A stretch of 37,770 nucleotides of DNA. Origin: a virus. The position numbers and the translations under genes were made by a program. The notes below the pieces were generated by a model that saw nothing but the letters and a program-made list of their open reading frames with translations, searched no databases and had not been told where the DNA came from. Of the stretch, positions 1 to 10,334 are shown piece by piece. Position 1 is the first letter of the stretch. Every line of letters begins with the position of its first letter. The stretch is taken from UHGV virus genome UHGV-1359486; one strand, given 5' to 3'.

Positions 1-1055
1 TGCACGACAAATTAAAGGCCGAACAATGGCGAATTGAGCAGGTAGGGGACTTCCCGGACTATACCTATGAGGAAGCCTGCCTGCGGTGGCTTGAGGAAAA
101 AGCAGATAAAAAATCGATAGAGGATGATAAGAACTTTATCACTTTCTGGCTTGAGTACTTCGAGGGTGTCCGGCTGAAGGATATAACCGAGAATGCCATT
201 TACAAGATCATCAGTAAGATGACAAACAAGCATGCTGAAAACTGCTGGAGAAGGAAAGCTGACACAGCAAAAAGGAAGGGAAAGGAGGTGCCGCTGTTTA
301 CATCGAAGCCTGTCACTACGGCTACAAAGGCGCGATACCTTTCTTTCATTAAGGCGCTACTCAGAGCGGCAGAAAGAGAATGGAAGTGGATAGAAAAGTC
401 ACCTGTGATAAAAATCCCATCTATTCGTGATCGGAGAGTCCGGTGGCTTGAGCCTGTCGAGGCGAAAAGACTGATTGATGAATGTCCTGAGCCATTAAAG
501 TCAGTCGTCAGGTTCGCTCTGTCAACCGGCCTGCGTCGTTCGAACATACTTAACCTTGAGTGGCAGCAGATAGACATGCAGCGGAAAGTGGCATGGATTT
601 ACCCTGAAGACAGTAAATCAGGTAAAGCGATCGGTGTAGCCCTGAACGATACCGCATGCAGGGTTTTGCGCAGCCAGATTGGTCGCCATCACAAATGGGT
701 ATTTGTCCACACTGATCCGTCATACAGGAATGACGGAACACCGGTTGCGGCAGTAAGAAAGATGAGGCCGGATTCTAATACAGCATGGAGAGCAGCATTA
801 AAAAGAGCCGGTATCGATGATTTCCGTTTCCATGACCTGAGACACACCTGGGCAAGCTGGCTGATCCAGTCTGGCGTTCCGCTTTCAGTGTTACAGGAAA
901 TGGGCGGGTGGGAGTCGATAGAAATGGTGCGCAGATATGCCCATCTGGCACCAAATCATCTTACCGAACATGCGAAGCAAATAGATGCCATTTTTGACAG
1001 TTACGTCCCAAATACGTCCCAAGGTGAAAAACTGGCATCGGGAGATAATCACTAA
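1..1055 (+). CDS. int: Tyrosine integrase, 3' part (continues from 37662..37770)
   Basis: Open from position 3 without start; C-terminal catalytic motifs HDLRHTWAS and MVRRYAHL (R...HxxR...Y); close to P22 Int as recalled. Confidence 0.9.
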   Translation, partial: HDKLKAEQWRIEQVGDFPDYTYEEACLRWLEEKADKKSIEDDKNFITFWLEYFEGVRLKDITENAIYKIISKMTNKHAENCWRRKADTAKRKGKEVPLFTSKPVTTATKARYLSFIKALLRAAEREWKWIEKSPVIKIPSIRDRRVRWLEPVEAKRLIDECPEPLKSVVRFALSTGLRRSNILNLEWQQIDMQRKVAWIYPEDSKSGKAIGVALNDTACRVLRSQIGRHHKWVFVHTDPSYRNDGTPVAAVRKMRPDSNTAWRAALKRAGIDDFRFHDLRHTWASWLIQSGVPLSVLQEMGGWESIEMVRRYAHLAPNHLTEHAKQIDAIFDSYVPNTSQGEKLASGDNH

Positions 1056-1070
1056 GTCTTTGATAAGTAA

Positions 1071-1120
1071 TGGTGCCGGATACCGGATTCGAACTGGTGA
1101 CCTTTTCATTACGAAACCGA
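1071..1120 (-). other. attP core: 3' portion of a tRNA gene (anticodon-loop-like TTCGTAA, T-arm GGTTCGAATCC, acceptor 3' strand, CCA); no D-arm/5' half present
   Basis: Reverse complement reads ...TTCGTAATGAAAAGGTCACCAGTTCGAATCCGGTATCCGGCACCA, 16 nt after int stop; loop suggests anticodon CGU (tRNA-Thr), the site used by P22-family integrases. Confidence 0.6.
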
Positions 1121-1292
1121 AGATTTATTAAAATACAACACGTTACACCGCATCTTTTCTCGCTCTCACGTACCAAGATGCATAAAGTTACCCGCTGATA
1201 CGCAAGCATGCAAAATGTTCCGCGTCCCAAACTCGTCCCAATACCCCTTCTCCTGCTATACTCCCATCATCACCCACCACTCCGAATCTAAC

Positions 1293-1517
1293 ATGCACAA
1301 TATAGCCAACCTCCCACAAGACGAAAAAGACAAAATTAATGCCGATTTAGCCGCATCCGGTATCGCGTACAAAGAAAGACTCGGACTGCCGTATGATCTG
1401 TACGAAACAGAAAACCAGCAGCCCGAGCATTTACGCCCGTACTTCAGAGAGAGGCTGGAGCACTACAGGGAGATCGGGAAAAGGCTTCCGCGTGGGTTCG
1501 AGTATGAGAAGGAGTGA
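1293..1517 (+). CDS. Hypothetical small protein (74 aa) next to attP; start uncertain (track ORF 1215..1517)
   Basis: ORF only; no convincing Shine-Dalgarno. Confidence 0.3.
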   Translation: MHNIANLPQDEKDKINADLAASGIAYKERLGLPYDLYETENQQPEHLRPYFRERLEHYREIGKRLPRGFEYEKE

Positions 1518-1598
1518 TCATGTCACGTTCATGCTGACCTATCTTTACAGGAATGGTAACATGGTGTCATATATCTTGGTTTTTTTTGGACTATTTTA

Positions 1599-2663
1599 AT
1601 GATAACAAAAGAACAGAAAATTGACTGCATAAATTATGCAAAAGCAATAGGAATAATTGCGGTTGTTATTGGTCATTATAAAAATGACATGTTCGATGTA
1701 TTCAAACCTTATATGTATCATATGCCTTTATTTTTCTTTATTGGTGGCATTTTACATAACGATAAAAGAAGCATTACAAATAGCATTCTAACCACCATAA
1801 AAAAACATCATTTTTATATAGTGGTTAATTATATACTAATTGGGATATTTATAATTGCAGTAAATAACTCATTTGGAACGTCATTGAGAAACCCATTTGA
1901 TGAATCAATCATTGGAACGATAAAGTATGCGGTGACATGGAATTTCCATTCCAATACGCTGTTTTTGGTTGCATGGTTTTTGTTTGCATACTCTTTAATA
2001 TTTGTTTTATTTTCAGTGATGATTAACAAAATAACAAAAGGTAAATTACCTATATTTCTAATTTCAATTTTTCTTGGTGTTATTGGTTACTACGTGGCGG
2101 TTGAGATGTATGCTAAAAGTGAATTGTTTTATCTTAACTTATTAAGTCAGGTTTTGGTTGGGTCAATGTTTTATGGCATAGGAGTATCAATAAAGGATAG
2201 GTTTTTTTCATTGCTCAACCCATTCGCCTTTGTTGTTATATTAATGGCAATACTGACATTGGTTAAACTTGATTATATAGGAACGATAGGAATGTCGTGG
2301 AGTAATTACAATAAAGGGTTGTTTAACCTATTGTTTACACCAGTGGCATGTATTTATTGTGTATTTTTTGTTTCTTACTCATTATCAAAATCAATCGAAT
2401 TCAAGACACTATTGCTCATCGGAATGAATACAAAATCAATAATGTCATATCACTTAGCGGCATTTGTTATATTAGATATATTTTTCAGTTACATTGGGAA
2501 GTATGAAATATCTAACATAAGCGCATTGAATCATTTCAATACATACAAGGTATGGGTTATTTACGTTTTATTTTCAATATTCGCCTCAATCTATTGCGAG
2601 AAGATATTTATACATCTGAAAGATAAGTCGCTGCTAATCGCAAAAAGAAAACTATTGGATTAA
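1599..2663 (+). CDS. Acyltransferase family 3 integral membrane protein (O-antigen acetyltransferase-like; probable lysogenic conversion gene)
   Basis: 354 aa, about 10 predicted TM helices, N-terminal motif INYAKAIGIIAVVIGHY typical of acyltransferase_3; very AT-rich; same position as oac in Sf6-type phages. Confidence 0.6.
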   Translation: MITKEQKIDCINYAKAIGIIAVVIGHYKNDMFDVFKPYMYHMPLFFFIGGILHNDKRSITNSILTTIKKHHFYIVVNYILIGIFIIAVNNSFGTSLRNPFDESIIGTIKYAVTWNFHSNTLFLVAWFLFAYSLIFVLFSVMINKITKGKLPIFLISIFLGVIGYYVAVEMYAKSELFYLNLLSQVLVGSMFYGIGVSIKDRFFSLLNPFAFVVILMAILTLVKLDYIGTIGMSWSNYNKGLFNLLFTPVACIYCVFFVSYSLSKSIEFKTLLLIGMNTKSIMSYHLAAFVILDIFFSYIGKYEISNISALNHFNTYKVWVIYVLFSIFASIYCEKIFIHLKDKSLLIAKRKLLD

Positions 2664-2684
2664 GGGGCTGACGCCCCTTTTTCT
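2663..2684 (+). terminator. Rho-independent terminator between convergent acyltransferase and tailspike genes
   Basis: GGGGC-TGAC-GCCCC hairpin followed by TTTTT. Confidence 0.5.
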
Positions 2685-2689
2685 TTAAA

Positions 2690-4621
2690 TTAGATGCATA
2701 TAATTTCAATAAAAAACATCATTCCTGATGTTAATTCATTTGGTTTTACTTTATTACCACTTGTATCAATTAAGTTAAAGTAAACCTCTCCTGACCCAGC
2801 TGATGAGTTGTTGTAAAATGGAGCCAGTGAAATTCCGTTTGCGTTGTTGCAACTGGTACACATCACATATGGGCGTTGATACTTAGTGTATCCAGGCATA
2901 AATTTGACCTTAAAGGCGTATGGATCGCCAGGAACGCTTTCTGCAGAATAAACTCCTGACGCAATATAGAATGAATTATCTACAACGATACCTGACCCGC
3001 CCTGACTAACAAGGCACCCAATTCTCCTGTTTAGTGAGGCGACACTTCCCTCTGACTTGCGCCACTGGTATGAGTTATTTCTTGAAATGACTGGTGTCGC
3101 CATATTTACATATTTAAGTGGTATGTTTCCGCTAATATCATTATCGCCAGCATCAACCCCTTTTATTGTTATTATATTATCTTGCTTCTCAGGATATCCG
3201 GCATAGTCCCAACAGAAAAAATCAATTCTATTTTGCCCTGCACCATCAATAAATAGAGAGCTAACGGCATCACCTCCCCACTGCTGTACATAGTCACATT
3301 GAATTTCAGCTATTTGTGTGTTGTATGGATATGCATCCGTAGTTATAGGGACGCACTTGATGGTTATGCCATGCAAAGCCCCCTCAACCCTTATGTTTCT
3401 AAAAATACATGACGTTATCCATGATCCACCATCTGAACCCGCTGTGCCTTCCGCTGCAACATCCTCCTTTTTAGGCTGCACGGCGAGTACCTGTAATGCA
3501 TACTCACCAAACCCTAAAGTCAGGTCAGTGAACTTCCCCCAACAAATGCTATTCCATCTGCGGCGGTCGTCAACATACTGGCCTCCGTCCTTGCTTAAAT
3601 CAGCACGAAGCATGAGTGAAGTACCGGTCTTGTCTTTCGAGCAACCAACCAGGTTAAGGTTACTGATCGTTATGTTGCGGAGGTTATTTTTACCGATAAC
3701 CAATGCAACAGAATGATTCCATTCTGTTAGGTCACTATCGACGGCTATTCTCGCCTTATTACCATGCCCTTCTGTGCTGAATTCAATATTGTCATTTTCA
3801 AACACAAACCAATCGTTACGTAGTGAGCGGTTAATTAACTGAGCTCCGCCAGAAAAACGGAAGTTTTTCTTAACCTTGACCTGGCTGTTGCAATCAAATG
3901 ACATTTTAGGGATCAGGATGGTGTTTACTGCTGCAATTTCCTGAAGGCCACCCAGAATACTTCCGATATCAGTATTCTCCTGAGCGCCAACAGAAAGGAT
4001 ATCAGCGCCGTTTGTAACATCCAATGTTGCAGTCAGTCCGTTATCCAGGATGACGTTTACCAGCGTGTCTGGCTGATTATTTGTGATTGCATAAATGCCC
4101 TCACCACCATCACCAGGAGAGTAATATCCGCGAGTTTTGACCGTAGCCCCAAGTGGAAGTGATGTATCCGCTACCATTGCAGCGACATTATCGAAGACGC
4201 GGAGATAGTTTTCAGTCAGGCCACCTATCATTTTATATCCATCGTCCCCGCCTAACTCCCCCCTTATCCTTACATCAAATTGATCAGGGTCATACTTCAA
4301 AACATTAGGATAATAGAACTGCTGAGCTCCGTATGAATCATACACCGCCATAGAATGGCCTTGTATGGTAACGAACTTCGCAATCTGCCCGTTATATACC
4401 GGATAGCCAGCTTGGTTAATAATCAGAGGCTGAGTTGCGGGAATGTGCGTTCCATCTTCGTTTTCAAGATACACCTGAATTTGGTTTTCCGGTATGGTGG
4501 GATCGGTGTCAATTTTCCCGATGAAGATTTTCCCGTTACTCGCCGCCTGGAATTTGCGTGCAAGCGTGAACAACTGCGAAGGCATGCTCACTACAACATT
4601 AGGAATAATTTGTTCTGACAT
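2690..4621 (-). CDS. Tailspike protein (P22 gp9-type N-terminal head-binding domain + divergent beta-helix receptor-binding domain)
   Basis: N-terminus [13 protein letters not shown]...[12 protein letters not shown]...[10 protein letters not shown] matches P22-family tailspike head-binding domain; ATG at 4619-4621 with GGAG 6 nt upstream (track ORF starts at TTG 4633). Confidence 0.85.
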   Translation of the reverse strand: MSEQIIPNVVVSMPSQLFTLARKFQAASNGKIFIGKIDTDPTIPENQIQVYLENEDGTHIPATQPLIINQAGYPVYNGQIAKFVTIQGHSMAVYDSYGAQQFYYPNVLKYDPDQFDVRIRGELGGDDGYKMIGGLTENYLRVFDNVAAMVADTSLPLGATVKTRGYYSPGDGGEGIYAITNNQPDTLVNVILDNGLTATLDVTNGADILSVGAQENTDIGSILGGLQEIAAVNTILIPKMSFDCNSQVKVKKNFRFSGGAQLINRSLRNDWFVFENDNIEFSTEGHGNKARIAVDSDLTEWNHSVALVIGKNNLRNITISNLNLVGCSKDKTGTSLMLRADLSKDGGQYVDDRRRWNSICWGKFTDLTLGFGEYALQVLAVQPKKEDVAAEGTAGSDGGSWITSCIFRNIRVEGALHGITIKCVPITTDAYPYNTQIAEIQCDYVQQWGGDAVSSLFIDGAGQNRIDFFCWDYAGYPEKQDNIITIKGVDAGDNDISGNIPLKYVNMATPVISRNNSYQWRKSEGSVASLNRRIGCLVSQGGSGIVVDNSFYIASGVYSAESVPGDPYAFKVKFMPGYTKYQRPYVMCTSCNNANGISLAPFYNNSSAGSGEVYFNLIDTSGNKVKPNELTSGMMFFIEIICI

Positions 4622-4689
4622 TGCTTTCTCCAAGCGTGAGTAGTCGCATCAGACTATGATGTGATTTTTTAATTTAATAGGAGTGTGAT

Positions 4690-4788
4690 ATGAACAATAA
4701 CAACTACGATGCAGACGAATTTGCGTCACTAATAATCAAGGTTGCTATTGCTTTTGCGGTAATAACATTTTTAATTAAATATATTTAG
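4690..4788 (+). CDS. Micro-ORF, 32-aa hydrophobic peptide (MNNNNYDADEFASLIIKVAIAFAVITFLIKYI)
   Basis: AGGAG 6 nt upstream of ATG; in the 172-bp gap between gp16 and tailspike, antisense to late genes. Confidence 0.3.
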   Translation: MNNNNYDADEFASLIIKVAIAFAVITFLIKYI

Positions 4789-4805
4789 CCATCCGTGGCT
4801 CATGT

Positions 4806-6917
4806 TCACTTGGACTTTTCTCCCTGCATCACTGCAGTGGTGGCCTGTGATATCTGAGAGATAAGGCGATCATATGCTGTGCTACCCTTTGGGGTGTTCG
4901 CCAACCTAAGCATCATGTTACGTATCGGCTTGCTTTCATATACTCTAGCAAGCCCCCCATAAGTGGCAAACGCGGCAGTTAAAGCACCGCCATTCCCCAG
5001 CACGTCAGCTGCCACTCCCGTCGGTATACCAACCTGCAAAAGCTCCTGCCCGGTAGGGGTAACCGTGCCAGCTCTGGATGCCCTTTGTGTCTGCTCAAGG
5101 TATTTTTTCAGCCCATTCAGATATTGCTTCTCGTTACCTTTAAACAGGATACCTGTCTGCGCTGAAAGCCGGTTTATTTCATTCAGGAACTTCTCCGGAC
5201 TGCCGCCTGATTTCTCATAGGCTTTGCCGATAACAGACGCTCTTGCCGCATTCCTTCCGCGGCTGTCGAGTGATCTGTATAGTTGCTGAACCTCACTTTT
5301 CTTATTACTGAAAAGGAGGTTGTTAGCAACTTCCGGCGTGAGTTCGCCTTTCTGCAGAACGGATTTCAGGCGCGTATTATTCACCACCTGAGCCTCATGA
5401 GCGTATGCCGCATTCGCCTGGCGATAACGATCTGCCACTCTGGCACCGAGGTTATCAGACACAGACTGATTGATATCTTTTGACATAGCGTCATATACAC
5501 GGTTAACCGCCCCTTGAGACTGAGAAGGCCACACCATGCGGTCACCTTTCACATCCTGTCTGAACTGCGTTCTCAGGTCTCTCATCAGGCTAAAATCAGC
5601 GCCTTTCACCAACTCATCACGATAAGTCTGTAATTTATTGATGGTTTGAGTGTCAGCCGCGCCGCCAAGCCGCGCCAGTCGACTCATTTCATTATCGATA
5701 GCTGTGATGGCTTGTGTCGGGTTTATGGTGCCTACCGACTGCATTGCGGAGTCTACTTCAGACATGCGCTTACCTGCCGCCTGTTTAACCTTGCTGGTCT
5801 GTCTCTGAAGGCTCTGAACCACTTCATCAGGTGATGGAGCGGCAAAGCTTTCTGAGTATTCCTGAATCAGTTTGCTCCTTGCTTCCTGCTGATTTCTGCG
5901 TAGTGAGCCAGTGCCGGTAACGGGTATTTTCTCAGCCAGTGCCTGAGCTGAACGACCAGAGAATGTGCCTGGCTGAACAGCATCAGTGGTCATCAGCGGT
6001 GCGTTATTAGCATCGGCAAACTTAACTGCCTCTGCCGCCTCCGGTGACATCTTTCCTTTTATTGCCCGAGCCGCAGCGCCGACAATATTTTCAAATGCCT
6101 TACCGCCGGTGCCTAGAACACCAGATAATCCAACCTGAAGCGGGTCAATATCAGTTCCGCCCATGTAACTTGTGGTGCCCTGAATTAACGCATCCGTACC
6201 GGCTGCGCGAAGACCAGCGCTGACCAATCCGCCTGCACGTCCAGCCGGTGTATATGATGCTGCCAGAGCCGCGCCAGATGCCACATCCTCGGGAGATAGG
6301 CCGGGTTTGTTAAGGGAATACCTTCTTTCAGGTAAAGAAACTATTTTTTCACCATTCTCCCCATCAATCACCACTCCGCCGCTTTCTTTTGCCACCCTTT
6401 CTGCCATTTCTGCGAGCTCTGGTATCCATCCCATTTCAACAACTCGTTTATTCGCAGGCAGGGTAACAATAGCGTTTCCTTTCACATCATAGGAAATTGT
6501 CGCCCCCATGTTTTTCAGCATGATTTCCTGATCCTGCTGATTACCCATCATCTGAGCCCAGGCAACTTTGGCGGCATCTTTTGTCATGGACTTCATTTCT
6601 GGCGCATCAGATATTGATGGAAGGTTTTCAATTTCTGGTGTCATGCGGCTCTCGCCGGTAACCATGTCTTTCACATTAGCCCAAAATCCTTCCGGCTGCT
6701 GCGCTTCCGGCTGCTGCACCGGAGCAGGCTGCTGCTCTTGCTGCACTGTCTCAACCGGATATGCAGTGTAAAACTGCTGCCTTGCCTCATTCACAGCTTC
6801 ACCCGCCCGCGGGGCAACAACGTCATTAAAGTATTGCTCCTGCGCTTCAGCTCTTTGCTGAGGTGAAAGAGCTTGATATTGCTGAGAGGCAATAACGTCT
6901 TTCCATGCCTTAGCCAT
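4806..6917 (-). CDS. Ejection (internal virion) protein, P22 gp16-like
   Basis: 703 aa; last of the 7-20-16 ejection-protein trio by synteny; start overlaps gp20 stop by 1 nt. Confidence 0.75.
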   Translation of the reverse strand: MAKAWKDVIASQQYQALSPQQRAEAQEQYFNDVVAPRAGEAVNEARQQFYTAYPVETVQQEQQPAPVQQPEAQQPEGFWANVKDMVTGESRMTPEIENLPSISDAPEMKSMTKDAAKVAWAQMMGNQQDQEIMLKNMGATISYDVKGNAIVTLPANKRVVEMGWIPELAEMAERVAKESGGVVIDGENGEKIVSLPERRYSLNKPGLSPEDVASGAALAASYTPAGRAGGLVSAGLRAAGTDALIQGTTSYMGGTDIDPLQVGLSGVLGTGGKAFENIVGAAARAIKGKMSPEAAEAVKFADANNAPLMTTDAVQPGTFSGRSAQALAEKIPVTGTGSLRRNQQEARSKLIQEYSESFAAPSPDEVVQSLQRQTSKVKQAAGKRMSEVDSAMQSVGTINPTQAITAIDNEMSRLARLGGAADTQTINKLQTYRDELVKGADFSLMRDLRTQFRQDVKGDRMVWPSQSQGAVNRVYDAMSKDINQSVSDNLGARVADRYRQANAAYAHEAQVVNNTRLKSVLQKGELTPEVANNLLFSNKKSEVQQLYRSLDSRGRNAARASVIGKAYEKSGGSPEKFLNEINRLSAQTGILFKGNEKQYLNGLKKYLEQTQRASRAGTVTPTGQELLQVGIPTGVAADVLGNGGALTAAFATYGGLARVYESKPIRNMMLRLANTPKGSTAYDRLISQISQATTAVMQGEKSK

Positions 6918-8305
6918 TAATCACCCCATAATGATGAATATCCGGATTGCTGCTGAGCCGGTTGCTGTTTTGATGACGGCTTACTACCACCGACATCCGC
7001 GTTGTATTGCTGGTTATAGTTGTTGGTGTATTCCTGAATTTCCATCAGAGACTGCTTCATGGCATCCGGGCTTGAGTAGTCCATCTGCGGCATACCCTGG
7101 AAATACATTTTTGCCTCTGCCACGGTGTTAATACCACTCGCCCCCATATCGCGAGCGGCCGCAATACCCTGGTTCTGCATTCTCCCCTGTACGCGCTGGG
7201 CGGCGGTATAAAACTGACGCTGTTCTTTGCCGTTCCACCGGCTGCGGTAATCAGCACCCACCGCCGGAGCACCAACACCGCCGGAAACGCCCGTCATGAA
7301 GTCCAGTTGTTCAGGATCAGCATTGAGAATGGCATCGATGTCTTTCTTCATGGCATAGTTGGTTGCACTCGCTGATGAGCTTGCAGGAGCTGCTATCGAG
7401 TTCGCTGGCACTCGCACGGTGTTGCCGTTATTGTCTATCCCTTCGTAATATGCGTTGGCTCCGGATCCGTGAACCTTGCCAACAATCCCGACAGTGCGGC
7501 CATCAGAGAGCTGAACAGTTCGCTCCCCCTCTCCGCCACCGGAAGACATTGACCGCTGCATAGCCATATCCTGTCCGCGGCGGGTAGTTGATGCTGATAT
7601 ATCCTGACCACGTCTCGCTGTTGCCGCGCTGATATCCTGACCACGGCGGGTGGTTTCGGCAGAAAGCCGGTTACCTTCTGCGGTAATGTCCTGCCCTCGC
7701 ATGGTTACTTTGCGATTCTCTTTATCGCCAATAACATCAAAGTATTTTTCAGGAGTGAGCGCACTCATGCCGATGGTGTCAGCCAACTCAACTGCACCTT
7801 TCGGGTCAGCCTTAGCCAGGCGCTGCGCTTCTTTCGGGTCAATACCGAGACGCATCAGTTCAGCCGCGTTTTTGGCAACAAACTGATCACCTGTTCCGGC
7901 ATTAACTGCCATGCGAAAGTTTGCGGCCACATTACCGAGTGATTCGCGGGTGTCAGCGGAGATTCCTTCCATGCCTTTCCCGATCTGCTCATTCATTTCG
8001 GGATACTCAGCAAAGAGTTGGCGCATAGATGCAGTATCACCGGCAGCGCGGGCTGTTCCATATTTCTGGAAAAACTCCTGCTGTCTCTGTGCCTGCTGGT
8101 CAGCCTGGTACATTTGAGCGACCCCATACAGTCCCTGCAATCCCTGCAATACAGGGTTATTGGCACCTGAACTCTGAATATCATTATTTTCCCGGATGAG
8201 AGACAGTGCTGTGTTTGCGTCAGTTGCGCGGGGCGCGTTGCTATTCACCCCGCCAATTCCGCCGAGAAGACTTCCGGCAATGCCGCCCTGATTCCATGTT
8301 GCCAT
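6917..8305 (-). CDS. Ejection protein, P22 gp20-like
   Basis: 462 aa, Gly/Ala/Gln-rich with internal RRGQDIS repeats; synteny. Confidence 0.75.
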   Translation of the reverse strand: MATWNQGGIAGSLLGGIGGVNSNAPRATDANTALSLIRENNDIQSSGANNPVLQGLQGLYGVAQMYQADQQAQRQQEFFQKYGTARAAGDTASMRQLFAEYPEMNEQIGKGMEGISADTRESLGNVAANFRMAVNAGTGDQFVAKNAAELMRLGIDPKEAQRLAKADPKGAVELADTIGMSALTPEKYFDVIGDKENRKVTMRGQDITAEGNRLSAETTRRGQDISAATARRGQDISASTTRRGQDMAMQRSMSSGGGEGERTVQLSDGRTVGIVGKVHGSGANAYYEGIDNNGNTVRVPANSIAAPASSSASATNYAMKKDIDAILNADPEQLDFMTGVSGGVGAPAVGADYRSRWNGKEQRQFYTAAQRVQGRMQNQGIAAARDMGASGINTVAEAKMYFQGMPQMDYSSPDAMKQSLMEIQEYTNNYNQQYNADVGGSKPSSKQQPAQQQSGYSSLWGD

Positions 8306-8314
8306 AACTCCCCC

Positions 8315-9007
8315 TTAAAACAGACTGCCGAGTAACCCAAGGCCGGCACCAATACCGGCACCCCACGGAGTCGAAGCGCCAATAGCGCTAGCAATACCGC
8401 CGCCCAACATAGCCCCTGATGCACCTCCGCTGATTGCCTGCTGGAAACCAGACGGGCGATTAGCATTCGCTGCCGCCAGTGCTGCCTGCTGCTGATAAAG
8501 AGAGCCCATATTGTTGGCGTAGTTCTGCCCGGCGTTGGCCTGCCCCTGTAATGCACCGAGGCCGATATTTGCCAGATTCTGAGCGCTGTTCATCTGATCA
8601 CCAAGCCATGACTGACCGAGAGTAGGGGCAATTGCTGCGAGTTGGTTCGCAGTTGCTGTAGACCCAAGCCCACCCGTCGCTTCAGCTGCATTCAGAGCCT
8701 GATAGCGAGACTGGTCAGCCTGCCTCTTGTACATGTCTGAGCCATAGAAACCCTGCAGCGCCTTATCCTGACCTTCAAGTGTTGACAACCCCTGCATCTG
8801 AGTAATGTACTGCTGTGCTAATGGCGTGAATGGAGCAAGGTTTGTCATAATCCGGTTGAATTGAGCGTCCTGCAAATCGGCGGAATGCCTCATTGCATCA
8901 GCCTGAGCGCCTGCGCCATTATCGCCGCCACCCTTACCGCCTTTTTCAGGGAACAGAGGTTCTTCACCGGCAATCTTTCGTGCCAGTTTAAAAATATATC
9001 CGGACAT
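8315..9007 (-). CDS. Ejection protein, P22 gp7-like
   Basis: 230 aa with Gly/Ala-rich C-terminus; synteny and size match P22 gp7. Confidence 0.75.
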   Translation of the reverse strand: MSGYIFKLARKIAGEEPLFPEKGGKGGGDNGAGAQADAMRHSADLQDAQFNRIMTNLAPFTPLAQQYITQMQGLSTLEGQDKALQGFYGSDMYKRQADQSRYQALNAAEATGGLGSTATANQLAAIAPTLGQSWLGDQMNSAQNLANIGLGALQGQANAGQNYANNMGSLYQQQAALAAANANRPSGFQQAISGGASGAMLGGGIASAIGASTPWGAGIGAGLGLLGSLF

Positions 9008-9009
9008 AA

Positions 9010-9471
9010 TTATCTCCGCTGATTACCGAGGAATTCGGTTAATTCTTCACGCGTTGCTGAGTAGAAAGTGACGTCATCAACGCCTTTGAAATACTTTCTG
9101 ATGGTGCCAACACGGCCAAGTCCGATACTTGCGCAGTACATCTGGCCGTGCCGGAATTTACGCGCTGCAAATGATGTCACGCACTGGACGTAAGTTGATG
9201 AGAGGATGAGCTGCCAGAATGCCAGGCCGATATCCTTGCTGAACCCCCTGACCTCTGGTAGGTACATAGCATGACACTCGAACGTCATCGGCTGCACTTC
9301 TTCGTAATACACGATGCCGCCGAACTGCCCGTGCACGTCAACCTCAAAATGTCTGCGTTCCGGTTTATAATCGAACCCGTCCCCGTTGTTACTCCCGGCA
9401 ATAATGTCAGGGTGGTTACCAACGGCCTCAATCAGGTCGATATTCCTCGTTGGTTTGAATGTGATCATCAT
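9010..9471 (-). CDS. P22 gp14-like virion assembly/ejection-associated protein
   Basis: 153 aa; position between tail needle and gp7; ATGA overlap with upstream gene. Confidence 0.65.
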   Translation of the reverse strand: MMITFKPTRNIDLIEAVGNHPDIIAGSNNGDGFDYKPERRHFEVDVHGQFGGIVYYEEVQPMTFECHAMYLPEVRGFSKDIGLAFWQLILSSTYVQCVTSFAARKFRHGQMYCASIGLGRVGTIRKYFKGVDDVTFYSATREELTEFLGNQRR

Positions 9472-10334
9472 TGCTCCGCAATAATTTTTATGGTCGTGGC
9501 GGTGAACGCAGCGCCATTTGCCTGAATAGTTAGCGTGCTGCCGTTTGTGGCAAGGAAGCCGCCTTTATCTACGCTGAAGAATGTCGCCAGGAGAATATTA
9601 TCCGTAGTGGTAGCTACGTTTCTGCTAGCGACCAACGTGTCAGGTACAGCGCCGGAGAAAGTTAGCTGCATAGACCGGTTTGTAGTACCTCCAGGATAAC
9701 TACCGATAAGTGCCAATTTGAAATTGAGCGTTTTGCTCTCGTTAAAAACGACCATCTTATTGTTAATGGTGTCAAAAAACGGAGCCAGAGTACCTGATGT
9801 CGGAGTAAGTGACTTAAGCATGGTAACTAGGTTAGTCGGCGTCGTTGGTATTACCTGTGATATGCCGGTATAAACAACCTCTGATTTCTTGCGTGTCGTG
9901 GCATACTCAAGAGCTGCAATCCTACCTTCATGGCTTACCAGTGCCGCTTCATTAGCGGTTATGCGCGTTTCGTGGTCATCCAATTCAGCTTCAATGTCGA
10001 TAACCTTATCCAGAAGGTAATCTACATCATCGCGCAGTATGTCGATCTTCCCTTCTGCTGTTGTCAGTCGTACATCAAGAAGCTGAATTGCATTGGTGTT
10101 AGCGGTAATCCTACCTTCATGGTCTGCGAGCACTACATCCTGCTCATCATTTTTAACCTGCGCATCATATGCCCCCTGACCTGCCTCATTTGCTTTTCCT
10201 GTCACTCTGGTGAAGTCCAGTGACTGAGACAGCACATACATCCGGTAAGCAGGAGAAAACACGACAGGGAGAGACGCAGCATTAATTCCGACCGCAGTCA
10301 CTGCGATGGGGTCTTTTAAACTTTCATCAGCCAT
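9468..10334 (-). CDS. Tail needle (P22 gp26-like) with extended C-terminal knob domain
   Basis: N-terminal [22 protein letters not shown]...ADHE..RI coiled-coil as in P22 gp26; 288 aa versus about 233 in P22. Confidence 0.85.
   Translation of the reverse strand: MADESLKDPIAVTAVGINAASLPVVFSPAYRMYVLSQSLDFTRVTGKANEAGQGAYDAQVKNDEQDVVLADHEGRITANTNAIQLLDVRLTTAEGKIDILRDDVDYLLDKVIDIEAELDDHETRITANEAALVSHEGRIAALEYATTRKKSEVVYTGISQVIPTTPTNLVTMLKSLTPTSGTLAPFFDTINNKMVVFNESKTLNFKLALIGSYPGGTTNRSMQLTFSGAVPDTLVASRNVATTTDNILLATFFSVDKGGFLATNGSTLTIQANGAAFTATTIKIIAEQ

Noticed and set aside
200-577. 125-aa minus-strand ORF
   Set aside because: Antisense inside the integrase gene.
1071-1140. Possible complete tRNA gene
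   Set aside because: Only anticodon-loop-to-CCA portion is present; no D-arm or 5' acceptor strand upstream, so it is an att core fragment.
1393-1599. 68-aa plus-strand ORF
   Set aside because: Overlaps ORF 1215-1517 out of frame, no RBS, ends at the acyltransferase start.
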